The position numbers were made by a program, and so were the translations under genes. Positions 1 to 9,800 of a stretch of 14,040 bases of DNA are shown here, piece by piece. Position 1 is the first letter of the stretch. Every line of letters starts with the position of its first letter. Source of the DNA: a virus (taxonomy: Duplodnaviria > Heunggongvirae > Uroviricota > Caudoviricetes); the IMG/VR virus record IMGVR_UViG_2681813230_000003; one strand, given 5' to 3'. The notes under the pieces are model-generated. The model made no database searches and had not been told where the DNA came from. It saw nothing but the letters and a program-made list of their open reading frames with translations.

Positions 1-399
1 ATGAAACACCCGCAGATACGCGCCGCCGTTCTGACGGCCCTGAAACGCAGTATTACAGAGCAAATAACCTGGTTCGACGGCCGTCCGGGATTTCTGGAAG
101 AAGAAGATCTGCCTGCTGTAGCCGTCTATCTGACAGACGCGAGAGCTTCAGAAGATAGCGTGGATGAAGATATGTGGACCGCACTGCTGCATATCGAGGT
201 CTTTTTGAAGGCAAAAGAGACCGATTCCGCTCTGGATGCCTGGATGGAAGAAAAAGTGTACCCCGCTCTGGCTGATATCCCAGAATTGCTGCCCCTAATC
301 GAACTGATGAATGCAAATGGCTATGACTATCAGCGAGATGAAGAAGTGATGATGTGGGGATCAGCCGATCTCAGTTATTCAATCAGCTATGTAATGTGA
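1..399 (+). CDS. U: Tail terminator protein (lambda gpU-like minor tail protein U)
   Basis: 132-aa ORF beginning [11 protein letters not shown]...; from memory it matches lambda gpU closely in length (~131 aa) and sequence ([40 protein letters not shown]). It sits immediately upstream of a gpV homologue. Confidence 0.9.
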   Translation: MKHPQIRAAVLTALKRSITEQITWFDGRPGFLEEEDLPAVAVYLTDARASEDSVDEDMWTALLHIEVFLKAKETDSALDAWMEEKVYPALADIPELLPLIELMNANGYDYQRDEEVMMWGSADLSYSISYVM

Positions 400-406
400 G
401 GATCCT

Positions 407-1144
407 ATGGCCACACCAAACCCGCTGGCGCCAACGAAAGGTGCCGGTACCACCCTATGGGTTTACACCGGAACCGGTGACCCCTATGCCAACCCGCTTT
501 CAGACGTTGACTGGCTGCGCCTGGCAAAGATTAAAGACCTGCAGCCCGGTGAACTGACGGCTGAATCTGAAGATGACACCTACATCGATGATGAAAATGC
601 TGACTGGACATCAACGATGCAGGGGCAGAAATCAGCCGGTGAAACCAATCTGACGCTCGCGTGGATGCCGGGAGATTCCGGTCAGCAGGACCTGGTGAAC
701 TGGTTCGATGAGGGCACCGTGAGGGGATATAAAATCAAATACCCAAATGGTGTTGTCGATGTGTTTAAGGGCTGGGTGAGCAGCCTCGGTAAAACCATTA
801 CTTCCAAAGAGGTCATGACCCGCACGGCCAAAATCACAAACAACGGCAAACCGTCGCTGGCAGAGGACGGCGGTACCGCGCCGATTGCTGTCACGGGGAT
901 CAGTCTGGATAAATCTACTGCAGCTGTCGCGGTCGCAGCCACAACGCAACTGGTGGTTTCTGTCCTGCCGGCCAGTGCGTCAGATAAATCCTTCCGCGTA
1001 GCCAGCTCTGATCCTTCAAAAGCAACGGTCACCGTTAACGGCAATACCCTGACTGTCACCGGCGTGGCGGCGGGCACCGTCGAAATCATCGTCATGAGCA
1101 ATGATGGTAACTTTGTGGCGATCTGCAAAGTCACTGTTTCCTGA
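407..1144 (+). CDS. V: Major tail tube protein (lambda gpV-like) with C-terminal Ig-like domain
   Basis: 245-aa ORF; the N-terminus ([39 protein letters not shown]) is near-identical to remembered lambda gpV. The C-terminal ~90 aa is rich in T/V/S/A with a DKSFR motif, as in the gpV Ig-like (Big_2) domain. SD GAGGA sits 5 nt upstream of the ATG. Confidence 0.9.
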   Translation: MATPNPLAPTKGAGTTLWVYTGTGDPYANPLSDVDWLRLAKIKDLQPGELTAESEDDTYIDDENADWTSTMQGQKSAGETNLTLAWMPGDSGQQDLVNWFDEGTVRGYKIKYPNGVVDVFKGWVSSLGKTITSKEVMTRTAKITNNGKPSLAEDGGTAPIAVTGISLDKSTAAVAVAATTQLVVSVLPASASDKSFRVASSDPSKATVTVNGNTLTVTGVAAGTVEIIVMSNDGNFVAICKVTVS

Positions 1145-1179
1145 TAACCGGGGCGCGAGCCCCGTTCCCCGGAGTAAAT

Positions 1180-1602
1180 ATGTTTCTAAAGAGCGAACTG
1201 CTTGAATGCAACGGCAGCAGCGTCACATTGTTCCAGCTTTCGGCGCTTCAGCGTATTGAATACCTCGAATACCTGAAGCAGCTGGAGGCAGTTGAAGCCG
1301 GCGATTTCCAGGCGGCCATCACCCTCACCGTAAAAAGTGGGGCGTTCCTCGTGGCGATGTCGCTCTGGCACGGCCACGAACTGAAAGGCTCCCAGGGAGA
1401 AAATGCGGCGGCGGAAGTGGCAAAGATTCAGGATGAGGTCATGCAGTCATGGCCGACCGAACTGGTTGCCGAAGCGGAATATAAGGTGAAGCTCCTGTCC
1501 GGGATGATTGCGCCGGTAAGTGATGACCAGGCAGCGTCCGGCGAAGAAGGTAATGAACCCGCTGAACCCGTTACTGCGGAAAAGTCCTCGCCAGTGAGCT
1601 GA
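1180..1602 (+). CDS. G: Tail assembly chaperone G (lambda gpG-like)
   Basis: 140-aa ORF starting MFLKSE..., with GAFLVAMSLWH and a C-terminal ...PAEPV.A.K.S.VS tail, resembling lambda gpG. It lies directly upstream of, and overlaps, a -1 frame ORF resembling gpT. Confidence 0.88.
   Translation: MFLKSELLECNGSSVTLFQLSALQRIEYLEYLKQLEAVEAGDFQAAITLTVKSGAFLVAMSLWHGHELKGSQGENAAAEVAKIQDEVMQSWPTELVAEAEYKVKLLSGMIAPVSDDQAASGEEGNEPAEPVTAEKSSPVS
1578..1584 (+). other. Candidate -1 programmed ribosomal frameshift site (GGAAAAG) for the G-T fusion
   Basis: The heptamer G GAA AAG lies in the G frame 6 codons before the G stop, at the position aligned with lambda's G GGA AAG slip site. The -1 frame is open from here and reads GKVLASELNFAMKLAREFGRPDW..., paralleling the lambda G-T junction. 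Confidence 0.5.
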
Positions 1603-1610
1603 ATTTTGCC

Positions 1611-1931
1611 ATGAAACTGGCGCGTGAGTTCGGTCGCCCGGACTGGCGTGCCATGCTTGCTGGCATGTCCTCAACGGAGTATGGCGACTGGAAAATCTTC
1701 TATCAGGACAATTACTTTCATGATGTGCAGCTGGACGCTCACTTCTCCGGCTTGCTCTACACCATCTCAACCCTGTTTTTTGCCGATCCGGAGTTAACCC
1801 CGGACAGTTTCAGCATTCTTGCTACTGCACCGGAACCCATCGACATTGATGAACCGGATGACAATACGCTGATGGCGAAGGCTGCAGGTATTTCAGGAGG
1901 CGTGCGCTATGGCCCAGACGGCAGTCGGTGA
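1611..1931 (+). CDS. T: Tail assembly protein T portion (lambda gpT-like), expected to be made only as a G-T fusion by -1 frameshifting
   Basis: -1 frame relative to G. The translation KLAREFGRPDWRAMLAGMSSTEYGDW...YFHDV.LD.HFSGL.YT...LFF.DP is highly similar to remembered lambda gpT. Coordinates are from the first in-frame ATG; the true fusion joins near 1582-1584. Confidence 0.8.
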   Translation: MKLAREFGRPDWRAMLAGMSSTEYGDWKIFYQDNYFHDVQLDAHFSGLLYTISTLFFADPELTPDSFSILATAPEPIDIDEPDDNTLMAKAAGISGGVRYGPDGSR

Positions 1932-4425
1932 TCTGGTCGTTAACCTTGACGTTAACTCGTCGAAATTCAGCGAGCAGCTTAACTACGTCAAAAAAGAATT
2001 AAAACAGACCGGCAATGCGGCAAACGACGAAGCGTTACGTATCCAGCAGTCCTTCAGCCGACAGGAGAACGCCGCGCGTAAGGCCGGTATTTCAGTGGGT
2101 CAGTATAACGCCGCAATGCGTATGCTCCCGGCGCAGTTTACCGATGTGGCCACGCAGCTGGCAGGTGGGCAGAACCCCTGGCTGATTCTGCTTCAGCAGG
2201 GTGGTCAGGTTAAGGACTCCTTTGGCGGGATCATCCCGACATTCCGGGCGCTGATTGGGACGGTTTCCCCGTTGATGGTCGGCATTGGTGCATTGTCCGT
2301 TGCAACGGGCGCGTTGTTCTATGCCTGGTACCAGGGCTCTTCCACCCTGTCTGATTTCAACAAAACGCTGGTACTGTCGGGGAACACAGCCGGACTGACC
2401 GCTGACCGCATGCTGGCACTGGCGCGTAACGGACAGACAGCGGGGCTGACCTTCAACCAGACCAGTGAAGCGCTGACCGAACTTATCAACGCGGGTGTGC
2501 GTGCTGGCTCGCGCTTTGATGACATGAGCCAGGCGGTGGCGCGGTTTACCGATGCCTCCGGCGTGCCGGTGGAAAAGGTCGCAGCAGCCTATGGCAAGCT
2601 CGCAACTGACCCGACATCGGGCCTGATCGCGATGGCCCAGCAGTTCCATAACGTTACTGCTGAACAGATTGCCCATGTGGCGCAGCTGCAGCGTGCCGGT
2701 GATGAGGCTGGCGCACTGCAGGCGGCTAACGAGGCTGCTACAGCCGGATTCAACGATCAGACCAAAGCCATCCGCGACAATATGGGGACGATTGAATCTT
2801 CAGCGGACTCCCTGAGGCGCGCCTTCAAGTCGATGTGGGATGCAGCCCTCGATATTGGCCGACCTGACACCGCGCAGGAGATGGTGGCAAAAGCCGAAGC
2901 CGCGTTCAAAAAAGCCGATGAAATCTGGAACCTGCGTAAAGGTGACCGATATGTCAATGATGAGGCCCGCGCCCGATTCTGGAATGATCGCGAAACGGCC
3001 AGGCTGGCGCTGGACATGGCTCAGCAGCAGGCGGGAATTGCCAGGGCGAATGAAGAGAATGCTTCGCGCGAAGCGGCTGCGGAATCGGATCGCCAGAAGT
3101 ATGCTGCGCAGGCTCAGGCAAACTATGCCAAAACGCAGACGGCACTGGAGAAATACACGGCCAGGCAGAGCGAGCTCAACAAGGCGCTGAAAGAGGGGCG
3201 AATCCTCCAGGCTGACTACAACATCAACCTGGCTGCCGCGAAAAAAGAGTACGAAGACACCCTTAAAAAGCCGAAGAAGACCCCGGCAATCAGAACCCCC
3301 GCAGGTGCCCGTGCAACCGATACGGCCAGCGCCCAGACGCTGGAGCTGCAGGCACAGTTGCGCACCCTGCAGGAGCATAAGGGGATAAATGACACCATCA
3401 GTCAGCAGCGTCAGGAGCTGTGGCGTCAACAGTCCCGGTTTACAGTTCTGGAAGAGGCCGCGAAGACCCGGACGCTTTCTGCTGAGGAAAAATCCCTGCT
3501 GGCCAGTAAAAGCGAGGTGCTTTCCCGTGCAGAGCTGAACGCGAAGCTTGGCGATCAGATAGTGGCGCAGGAGCGGCTTAACCGCCTGCAGGATACGTCC
3601 CAAAAATACGTCACGCAGATCGGCGAGAAAACCAGGGCCCTGGCGGAAAGTGCTGGTATGAGCAGTCGTGCAGCACAACGCCGCAACGAGGAGGCCCAGC
3701 TTCTTCAGGGGTGGAAAAATGGTGGCGGTTCGGAGAACGACGCTGGTTATCAGAATGAGTTGCAGGCGCTGCAGGCGTATTACGCCGAGCAGGATAAGCT
3801 GCGGGACGACTGGCAATCCGGGGCCAAATCCGCATGGGCAGATTATGTTGATTCTGCTTCAGATGCTTATGGCCAGATGAAGTCGGCTGCTACCAGTACG
3901 TTTGATGGAATCGGGCAAAATATGGCTGACATGCTGACGCGCGGTAAGGCTGACTGGGCTGACTTCACCCGCTCCACGCTCTCCATGCTGACACAGATCC
4001 TGCTGAAACAGGCGATGGTAGGCTTAGTGGATTCAGCATCAACCGCGCTGGGATTTGCAGGTGGCGGTTATACCGGTTCAGGCGGGAAATATGAGCCAGC
4101 AGGTGTCGTTCACCGTGGTGAGTTTGTTTTCACCAAAGAGGCTACCAGCCGGATCGGCGTCGGCAATCTTTACCGGATGATGAAAGGCTATGCAACGGGA
4201 GGGTATGTCGGGGGCGGTGGTACAGGCCCGGCTGCAGCACCTTTCGGTGTCAGTGTATATGCCCCGGTGACGGTCGAGAATGCTTCCGGTAACGCACAGC
4301 AGCAAAACGACGGAGACAGGCTGGGTAAGGCGTATCAGCAGGTGATTAACAAATCTGTCAACGAGGGTATCGCCAGGGCAATCCAGCCCGGTGGGCTTAT
4401 CTGGAATGCGACCAATCGCAGGTAA
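1909..4425 (+). CDS. H: Tail tape measure protein (lambda gpH-like)
   Basis: 838-aa ORF with long blocks near-identical to remembered lambda gpH (GISVGQY.AAMRMLPAQFTDVATQLAGGQ.PWLILLQQGGQVKDSFGG; GGKYEPAG.VHRGEFVFTKEATSRIGVGNLYR.M.GYATGGYVG). It overlaps the end of T; AGGAGG lies 9 nt upstream. Confidence 0.92.
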   Translation: MAQTAVGDLVVNLDVNSSKFSEQLNYVKKELKQTGNAANDEALRIQQSFSRQENAARKAGISVGQYNAAMRMLPAQFTDVATQLAGGQNPWLILLQQGGQVKDSFGGIIPTFRALIGTVSPLMVGIGALSVATGALFYAWYQGSSTLSDFNKTLVLSGNTAGLTADRMLALARNGQTAGLTFNQTSEALTELINAGVRAGSRFDDMSQAVARFTDASGVPVEKVAAAYGKLATDPTSGLIAMAQQFHNVTAEQIAHVAQLQRAGDEAGALQAANEAATAGFNDQTKAIRDNMGTIESSADSLRRAFKSMWDAALDIGRPDTAQEMVAKAEAAFKKADEIWNLRKGDRYVNDEARARFWNDRETARLALDMAQQQAGIARANEENASREAAAESDRQKYAAQAQANYAKTQTALEKYTARQSELNKALKEGRILQADYNINLAAAKKEYEDTLKKPKKTPAIRTPAGARATDTASAQTLELQAQLRTLQEHKGINDTISQQRQELWRQQSRFTVLEEAAKTRTLSAEEKSLLASKSEVLSRAELNAKLGDQIVAQERLNRLQDTSQKYVTQIGEKTRALAESAGMSSRAAQRRNEEAQLLQGWKNGGGSENDAGYQNELQALQAYYAEQDKLRDDWQSGAKSAWADYVDSASDAYGQMKSAATSTFDGIGQNMADMLTRGKADWADFTRSTLSMLTQILLKQAMVGLVDSASTALGFAGGGYTGSGGKYEPAGVVHRGEFVFTKEATSRIGVGNLYRMMKGYATGGYVGGGGTGPAAAPFGVSVYAPVTVENASGNAQQQNDGDRLGKAYQQVINKSVNEGIARAIQPGGLIWNATNRR

Positions 4426-4430
4426 CAGTT

Positions 4431-4778
4431 ATGACGATAGAAACATTCCCCTGGGGCATTAAGGTTTCCAGCCAGCCCACCGAGGGAAGCAAAGACACAG
4501 TCAGGAAGGTCCAGTTCGGCGACGGGTACGCACAGGTGAGCGGCTCCGGCCTGAATGATGAGATTCGCACCTATGAATATTCTTTTTCAGGGGATCCAAC
4601 TACAGCGAATGAAATTCACGCTTTCCTTCGGCGGCATAAAGTGAAGTCGTTTATTTTCACTCCGCCTTTCGGCGATACCGCGCTGTGGCGTGTCGAGGCT
4701 GACACGCTCAAAAAGGTGGTTAAAAACGTAAAAGTGATAACCGTAACCGCAACGTTTGAACAGGCATTTGCACCATGA
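4431..4778 (+). CDS. M: Minor tail protein M (lambda gpM-like)
   Basis: 115-aa ORF immediately after H with a VRKV.FGDGY motif, as in lambda gpM. Position is conserved between H and L. Confidence 0.82.
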   Translation: MTIETFPWGIKVSSQPTEGSKDTVRKVQFGDGYAQVSGSGLNDEIRTYEYSFSGDPTTANEIHAFLRRHKVKSFIFTPPFGDTALWRVEADTLKKVVKNVKVITVTATFEQAFAP

Positions 4779-5530
4779 GTCTTAATGCTGATTATCAAGA
4801 ACTCGAGCCGGGCAATGAAGTCCGGCTTTTTTCTGTCGATGGCACAGCGTTCGGTATGTCAGATGTACTCCGCTTCCACGCACACAATATCGCACACACC
4901 CCGGAAGAGATTGAGGCTGCAGGTGGGGATGAGAATAAACTTCCGGCGAAGTCCATCTGGTGGCAGGGGGAGGAGTATAAAGCTTGGCCGTGTCAGGTTG
5001 AGGGTATTGAAGCGACCACGGACGGTACCAGCCCACAGCCAAAACTGAGAGTGGCGAACCTGGACAGTTCGATCTCAGCGCTCTGTCTGGCGTATGACGA
5101 TCTGCTGCAGGCGAAAGTGAGTATCCACGACACGCTGGCACAGTATCTGGACGCCAGAAATTTTCCGCAGGGCAATCCCACTGCAGACCCGTCACAGGAA
5201 AAGCTGAAGGTCTTTTATATCGATGCCAGAAGCACCGAGACGGATGAAGTTGTCGAATTTACGCTTTCCAGTCCGATGGATTTACAGGGCCAGATGATAC
5301 CCACGCGGCAGCTGCATTCGTTATGCAGCTGGTGCATCCGGAACAAGTACCGGACCGGCGACGGCTGCGACTATGCCGGAACGCGCTATTTCGACAAAAA
5401 CAATAATCCGGTTGACGATCCCTCGCTGGATGTCTGCAACGGCACGCTGACGGCCTGCAAGCTCCGGCACGGAGACAGCAACGAGCTGCCGTTCGGTGGT
5501 TTCCCCGGTACATCTCTTATCAGGAGTTGA
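4775..5530 (+). CDS. L: Minor tail protein L (lambda gpL-like), with C-terminal Cys cluster
   Basis: 251-aa ORF with ATGA start/stop overlap with M. The C-terminal region has conserved cysteines (C..C...GDGCDY....C.GTL.ACK) and ends FGGFPG, similar to lambda gpL (FGGF...), which is known to bind an Fe-S cluster. Confidence 0.86.
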   Translation: MSLNADYQELEPGNEVRLFSVDGTAFGMSDVLRFHAHNIAHTPEEIEAAGGDENKLPAKSIWWQGEEYKAWPCQVEGIEATTDGTSPQPKLRVANLDSSISALCLAYDDLLQAKVSIHDTLAQYLDARNFPQGNPTADPSQEKLKVFYIDARSTETDEVVEFTLSSPMDLQGQMIPTRQLHSLCSWCIRNKYRTGDGCDYAGTRYFDKNNNPVDDPSLDVCNGTLTACKLRHGDSNELPFGGFPGTSLIRS

Positions 5531-5531
5531 T

Positions 5532-6263
5532 ATGCGCCAGAAAACCATTGATGCCATCATGGCACACGCTGCAGCGGAATATCCGCGCGAGTGCTGCGGC
5601 GTGGTGGCACAGAAAAGCCGGGTTGAGCGCTATTTTCCCTGTCGTAATCTCGCAGCAGAGCCGACTGAACATTTTCACCTGTCCCCCGAAGATTACGCAG
5701 CGGCAGAAGACTGGGGGACCGTGGTGGCCATTGTTCACAGCCATCCTGATGCGACGACGCAGGCCAGCGAGCTGGATAAGGCACAGTGTGATGCAACGCT
5801 GCTGCCCTGGCATATTGTGAGCTGGCCAGAGGGGGATTTACGTACCATTCAGCCACGCGGGGAGCTGCCATTGCTGGAGCGTCCGTTCGTGCTTGGCCAC
5901 TTCGATTGCTGGGGTCTGGTAATGAGCTATTTCCGGCAGACCCACGGTATCGAGCTCCACGATTACCGGGTGGATTATCCCTGGTGGGAAAACGACTACC
6001 CGGACAATTTCTATCAGGAGTGCTGGTACGAGTGCGGATTCAGGGAGTTTGATGGCCCGCCTCAGGAAGGGGACCTCGTCATCATGCAGGTGCAGGCCGA
6101 TAAGTGGAATCATGCCGGGATTTTACTGGAGGGTAACATGCTGCTGCACCATCTTTACGGGCATCTGAGTCAGCGTGTTCCTTATGGCGGATACTGGCAG
6201 GAGCGCACGATGAAAATCGTTCGTTATAAAGATGTAATGGCAGGTGAAACATGCAGGAAGTAA
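5532..6263 (+). CDS. K: Tail tip assembly protein K (lambda gpK-like; JAMM/MPN + NlpC/P60 domains)
   Basis: Start chosen at the ATG of MRQKTIDAIMAH, 2 nt after the L stop and 7 nt after the SD CAGGAG; the ORF-track start at 5496 lies inside L. A JAMM motif is present (E...HSHPDATTQASELD = HxHx7Sx2D). The C-terminal half has Cys/His/His spacing compatible with NlpC/P60. Confidence 0.85.
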   Translation: MRQKTIDAIMAHAAAEYPRECCGVVAQKSRVERYFPCRNLAAEPTEHFHLSPEDYAAAEDWGTVVAIVHSHPDATTQASELDKAQCDATLLPWHIVSWPEGDLRTIQPRGELPLLERPFVLGHFDCWGLVMSYFRQTHGIELHDYRVDYPWWENDYPDNFYQECWYECGFREFDGPPQEGDLVIMQVQADKWNHAGILLEGNMLLHHLYGHLSQRVPYGGYWQERTMKIVRYKDVMAGETCRK

Positions 6264-6838
6264 TGACCCGGATTGAGCTTGGCGGCGTGCTCGGGAAAAC
6301 ATTCGGTAAAATTCACCACCGCCTGATTTCCCGTGTAAGCGAGGCGGGAGTGGCGCTCGCAAAGACTATTCCGGGCTTTGAGCAGTTTATGATTTCCAGC
6401 CAGCGCCGTGGGCTCACATACTCCGTATTTAAGGGTAAAAAAAACATCGGTGTGGATGACCTCGGTTTCCCGGTTACCGGCGATGTTATCCGCATTGTCC
6501 CGGTAATCATCGGGAGTAAAAAAGCCGGTTTGATTCAAACTATCCTGGGCGCAGTATTAGTGATTGCATCGATCTGGATGCCAGGTCTGAGTATAGCTGC
6601 CAGCAATATGATGTTTGCTGCTGGTGCGTCCATAACGCTGGGGGGGGTAGTTCAGATGATATCCCCTCAGGCTACAGGGCTGGCCAGCAAACAGAGCTCA
6701 GATAACCGCGCCTCATACGCGTTCGGCGGAGTCACAAATACCGCCGCACAGGGTTACCCGGTTCCGCTCCTGTACGGCCGCCGGAGAATCGGCGGGGCAA
6801 TTATTTCTGCCGGAATTTATGTCGAAGATCAGCAGTAG
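6251..6838 (+). CDS. I: Tail tip assembly protein I (lambda gpI-like)
   Basis: 195-aa ORF overlapping the K stop. Conserved gpI-like segments are present (GGV.Q....P; PVPLLYG..R.G). The start is uncertain between ATG 6251 and ATG 6263 (TAATG overlap with the K stop). Confidence 0.8.
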   Translation: MQEVMTRIELGGVLGKTFGKIHHRLISRVSEAGVALAKTIPGFEQFMISSQRRGLTYSVFKGKKNIGVDDLGFPVTGDVIRIVPVIIGSKKAGLIQTILGAVLVIASIWMPGLSIAASNMMFAAGASITLGGVVQMISPQATGLASKQSSDNRASYAFGGVTNTAAQGYPVPLLYGRRRIGGAIISAGIYVEDQQ

Positions 6839-6857
6839 TTAACAAACCTTTTTACAA

Positions 6858-6880
6858 GCCACCTTCGGGTGGCTTTTTTT
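6858..6880 (+). terminator. Intrinsic-terminator-like hairpin between I and J
   Basis: GCCACC-TTCG-GGTGGC is a perfect 6-bp stem with a 4-nt loop, followed immediately by TTTTTTT, in the 53-nt I-J intergenic gap. Confidence 0.5.
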
Positions 6881-6891
6881 ATGGGCGCGAT

Positions 6892-9800
6892 ATGGCTAAA
6901 ACAATTACCGGACGAAAAGGCGGGAGCTCCAGTTCCCGAACTCCCACCGAACAGCCTGATGATCTGCAATCTGTAGCGAAGGCAAAGATCCTCGTTGCGC
7001 TTGGGGAAGGGGAGTTTGCTGGACAGCTCACCGGGAAGGATATCTACCTGGACGGAACGGCGCTGGAGAACGCCGACGGCTCCCAAAACTTCAGCGGCGT
7101 TACGTGGGAATTTCGTCCGGGGACTCAGGCACAAAAATATATTCAGGGTATCCCCGGCACCGAAAATGAAATCAGCGTGGGCACCGAAGTGTCAAGCACC
7201 ACCGGCTGGACACATACCTTTACCAACACGCAACTGTCAGCCGTTCGCCTGCGCCTCAAGTGGCCATCGCTTTTTAAACAGGAGGACGATGGCGATCTGG
7301 TTGGCTATTCAATTAACTACGCTATTGATCTGCAGACCGATGGCGGCACCTGGCAGACGGTACTTAATACCAGCGTAACCGGCAAGACAACTTCCGGCTA
7401 CGAACGCAGCCATCGCGTCGACCTACCGCAGGCAGGCAGCACATGGACGGTGCGCCTGCGTAAGCTAACAGCGGATGCCAACAGCGCGAAAATTGGCGAC
7501 ACGATGACGCTGCAGAGCTACACAGAGGTCATTGACGCCAAACTGCGTTATCCAAATACCGCGCTGCTGTACATCGAATTCGACTCAAGCCAGTTTAACG
7601 GCTCCATCCCGCAAATTTCCTGTGAACCGCGCGGACGCGTTATCCGCGTGCCGGATACTTACGATCCGGAAACCCGGACCTATAGCGGCACCTGGACGGG
7701 GGCGTTTAAGTGGGCATGGACGGACAATCCGGCGTGGATTTTTTACGATCTGGTGGTGAGCGACCGTTTCGGACTTGGCGACCGCCTGACGGCGGCAAAT
7801 ATTGATAAATGGACACTTTACCAGGTTGCGCAGTATTGCGATCAGCCAGTTCCCGACGGTAAAGGCGGTACCCGAACAGAACCCCGCTATACGTGCAACG
7901 TTTATGTGCAGGAGAGGAATGATGCGTATACCGTTTTGCGTGATTTTGCGGCCATATTCCGTGGCATGACGTACTGGGGCGGCGATCAAATCGTTGCGCT
8001 GGCAGATATGCCCCGTGATGTGGATTACAGCTACACCCGCGCTAACGTGGTTGACGGCCGCTTTACCTATTCTGGCAGCACCATTAAAAACCGCTATACC
8101 ACTGCGCTGGTTTCCTGGTCTGATCCGGGTAATGCCTACGCAGATGCGATGGAGCCGGTTTTTGAACAGGAGCTCGTCGCTCGGTTTGGCACAAACCAGC
8201 TCGAAATGACAGCCATTGGCTGTACCCGGCAGTCGGAGGCAAACCGTAAGGGACGCTGGGGGATTCTGACCAATAACAAGGATCGCATCGTATCGTTTGA
8301 TGTTGGCCTGGACGGCAACATTCCACAGCCTGGTTATATTATCGCGGTTGCCGATGATCTGTTATCCGGAAAGGTGATGGGAGGGCGTATCAGCGCGGTT
8401 AATGGTCGCGTTATCACGCTTGATCGTGATTCCGCAGCCGTTGCCGGAAGCCGTCTTATGGTTAACCTGCCGTCTGGCGCATCGCAGAGCAGGACGATAC
8501 AGAGCGTAAACGGTCGGGCTGTCACCGTGACCACGGCATACAGCGAAACACCGGCAGTCGAATCGGTATGGATTGTCGAATCCGACGAGCTTTATGCACA
8601 GCAATATCGTGTTATCAGCGTCGCTGATAATAACGACGGCACGTTTTCGATTACTGGTGCTTTTCACGATCCGGATAAGTATGCCCGTATCGATACCGGC
8701 GCCATCATCGACCAGCGGCCAATAAGTGTAATTCCGCCCGGTAATCAGTCCCCGCCAGCCAACATCACGATCAGTTCGTTTTCGGTTGTTCAGCAGAATA
8801 TCAGCGTCGAAACGATGCGCGTGAGCTGGGACCAGGCGCAGAACGCTATCGCCTATGAGGGGCAGTGGCGCCGCAACGACGGAAACTGGGTGAACATGCC
8901 TCGCAGCTCCACCACGTCATTTGACGTCCCGGGGATTTATGCCGGGCGCTACCTGGTGCGCGTGCGCGCAATTAATGCCGCTGAAATTTCCTCAGGATGG
9001 GGATATTCAGAAGAGAAGACACTGACCGGCAAAGTAGGTAATCCGCCTAAGCCAGTAGGATTCACAGCCACGGGCATTAACTGGGGGATTCGTCTTAACT
9101 GGGGTTTCCCGGCAAACACCGGCGATACGCTAAAAACGGAAATTCAGTACACTGCCAACAGTGACTTTTCAGATCCACTCTTGCTCTCAGACGTGCCTTA
9201 TCCATCTGCGGAATACACCCAGCTCGGCCTTAAAGCAGGGCAGGAATTCTGGTACCGCGCGCAGCTGGTCGACAGAACGGGTAACGAGTCCGGGTATACC
9301 GACTGGATCAGGGGGATGTCTAACGATAACGCCGATGATTATTTGGGCGATATCGCAGATGATTTCCTAACCTCTGCAGACGGAGAACGCCTGACTGGTG
9401 ACATCGATACCAACATTGAGGGAATACTGCAGAACGCCCTGGCGAACCATGGAACTGTTGAGCACCAGTGGGCACAATACGGAGAAGTGCGTGCCGATAT
9501 TCTGGTGGTTAAAACGACGATTGCTGAAGTTGATAATGCAATGGCCGAACTTTCGACGCAGGTGCAGGCGCAGATTGAGGATGTTACCGCTTCCCTGGAA
9601 GACAAGCTTACAGCTGTCGTAGATGCCTCCGGTGCTTCGGCAATCCACACCCTCAAAACGGGCGTGAGAATAAACGGGGTGATTTATAACGCCGGGATGT
9701 CTATTGCAGTGCTTGCAGAGGCAGGGAAGCCGGTAGTCACGCGGGTTGGTTTCAACGCTAACCAGTTCGTGCTGATGAGCGGCAGTGGTGATACCCAGTA

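Noticed and set aside
354-557. 67-aa + strand ORF spanning the U/V junction
   Set aside because: It is out of frame with both U and V, which are strongly supported by similarity to lambda.
2800-3816. 338-aa minus-strand ORF inside the tape-measure gene, plus other antisense or alternative-frame ORFs within H, J, L and K (e.g. 2092..2676, 4782..5195, 7585..7989, 9339..9656)
   Set aside because: They are embedded entirely within strongly supported lambda-homologous tail genes on the other strand or frame. Their translations are low-complexity and R/L/C/P-rich, with no start context.
5496-5531. Upstream ATG start for gpK (5496)
   Set aside because: It lies inside the end of the L gene. The ATG at 5532 follows the L stop by 2 nt and has a CAGGAG SD, typical of the coupled lambda tail genes.
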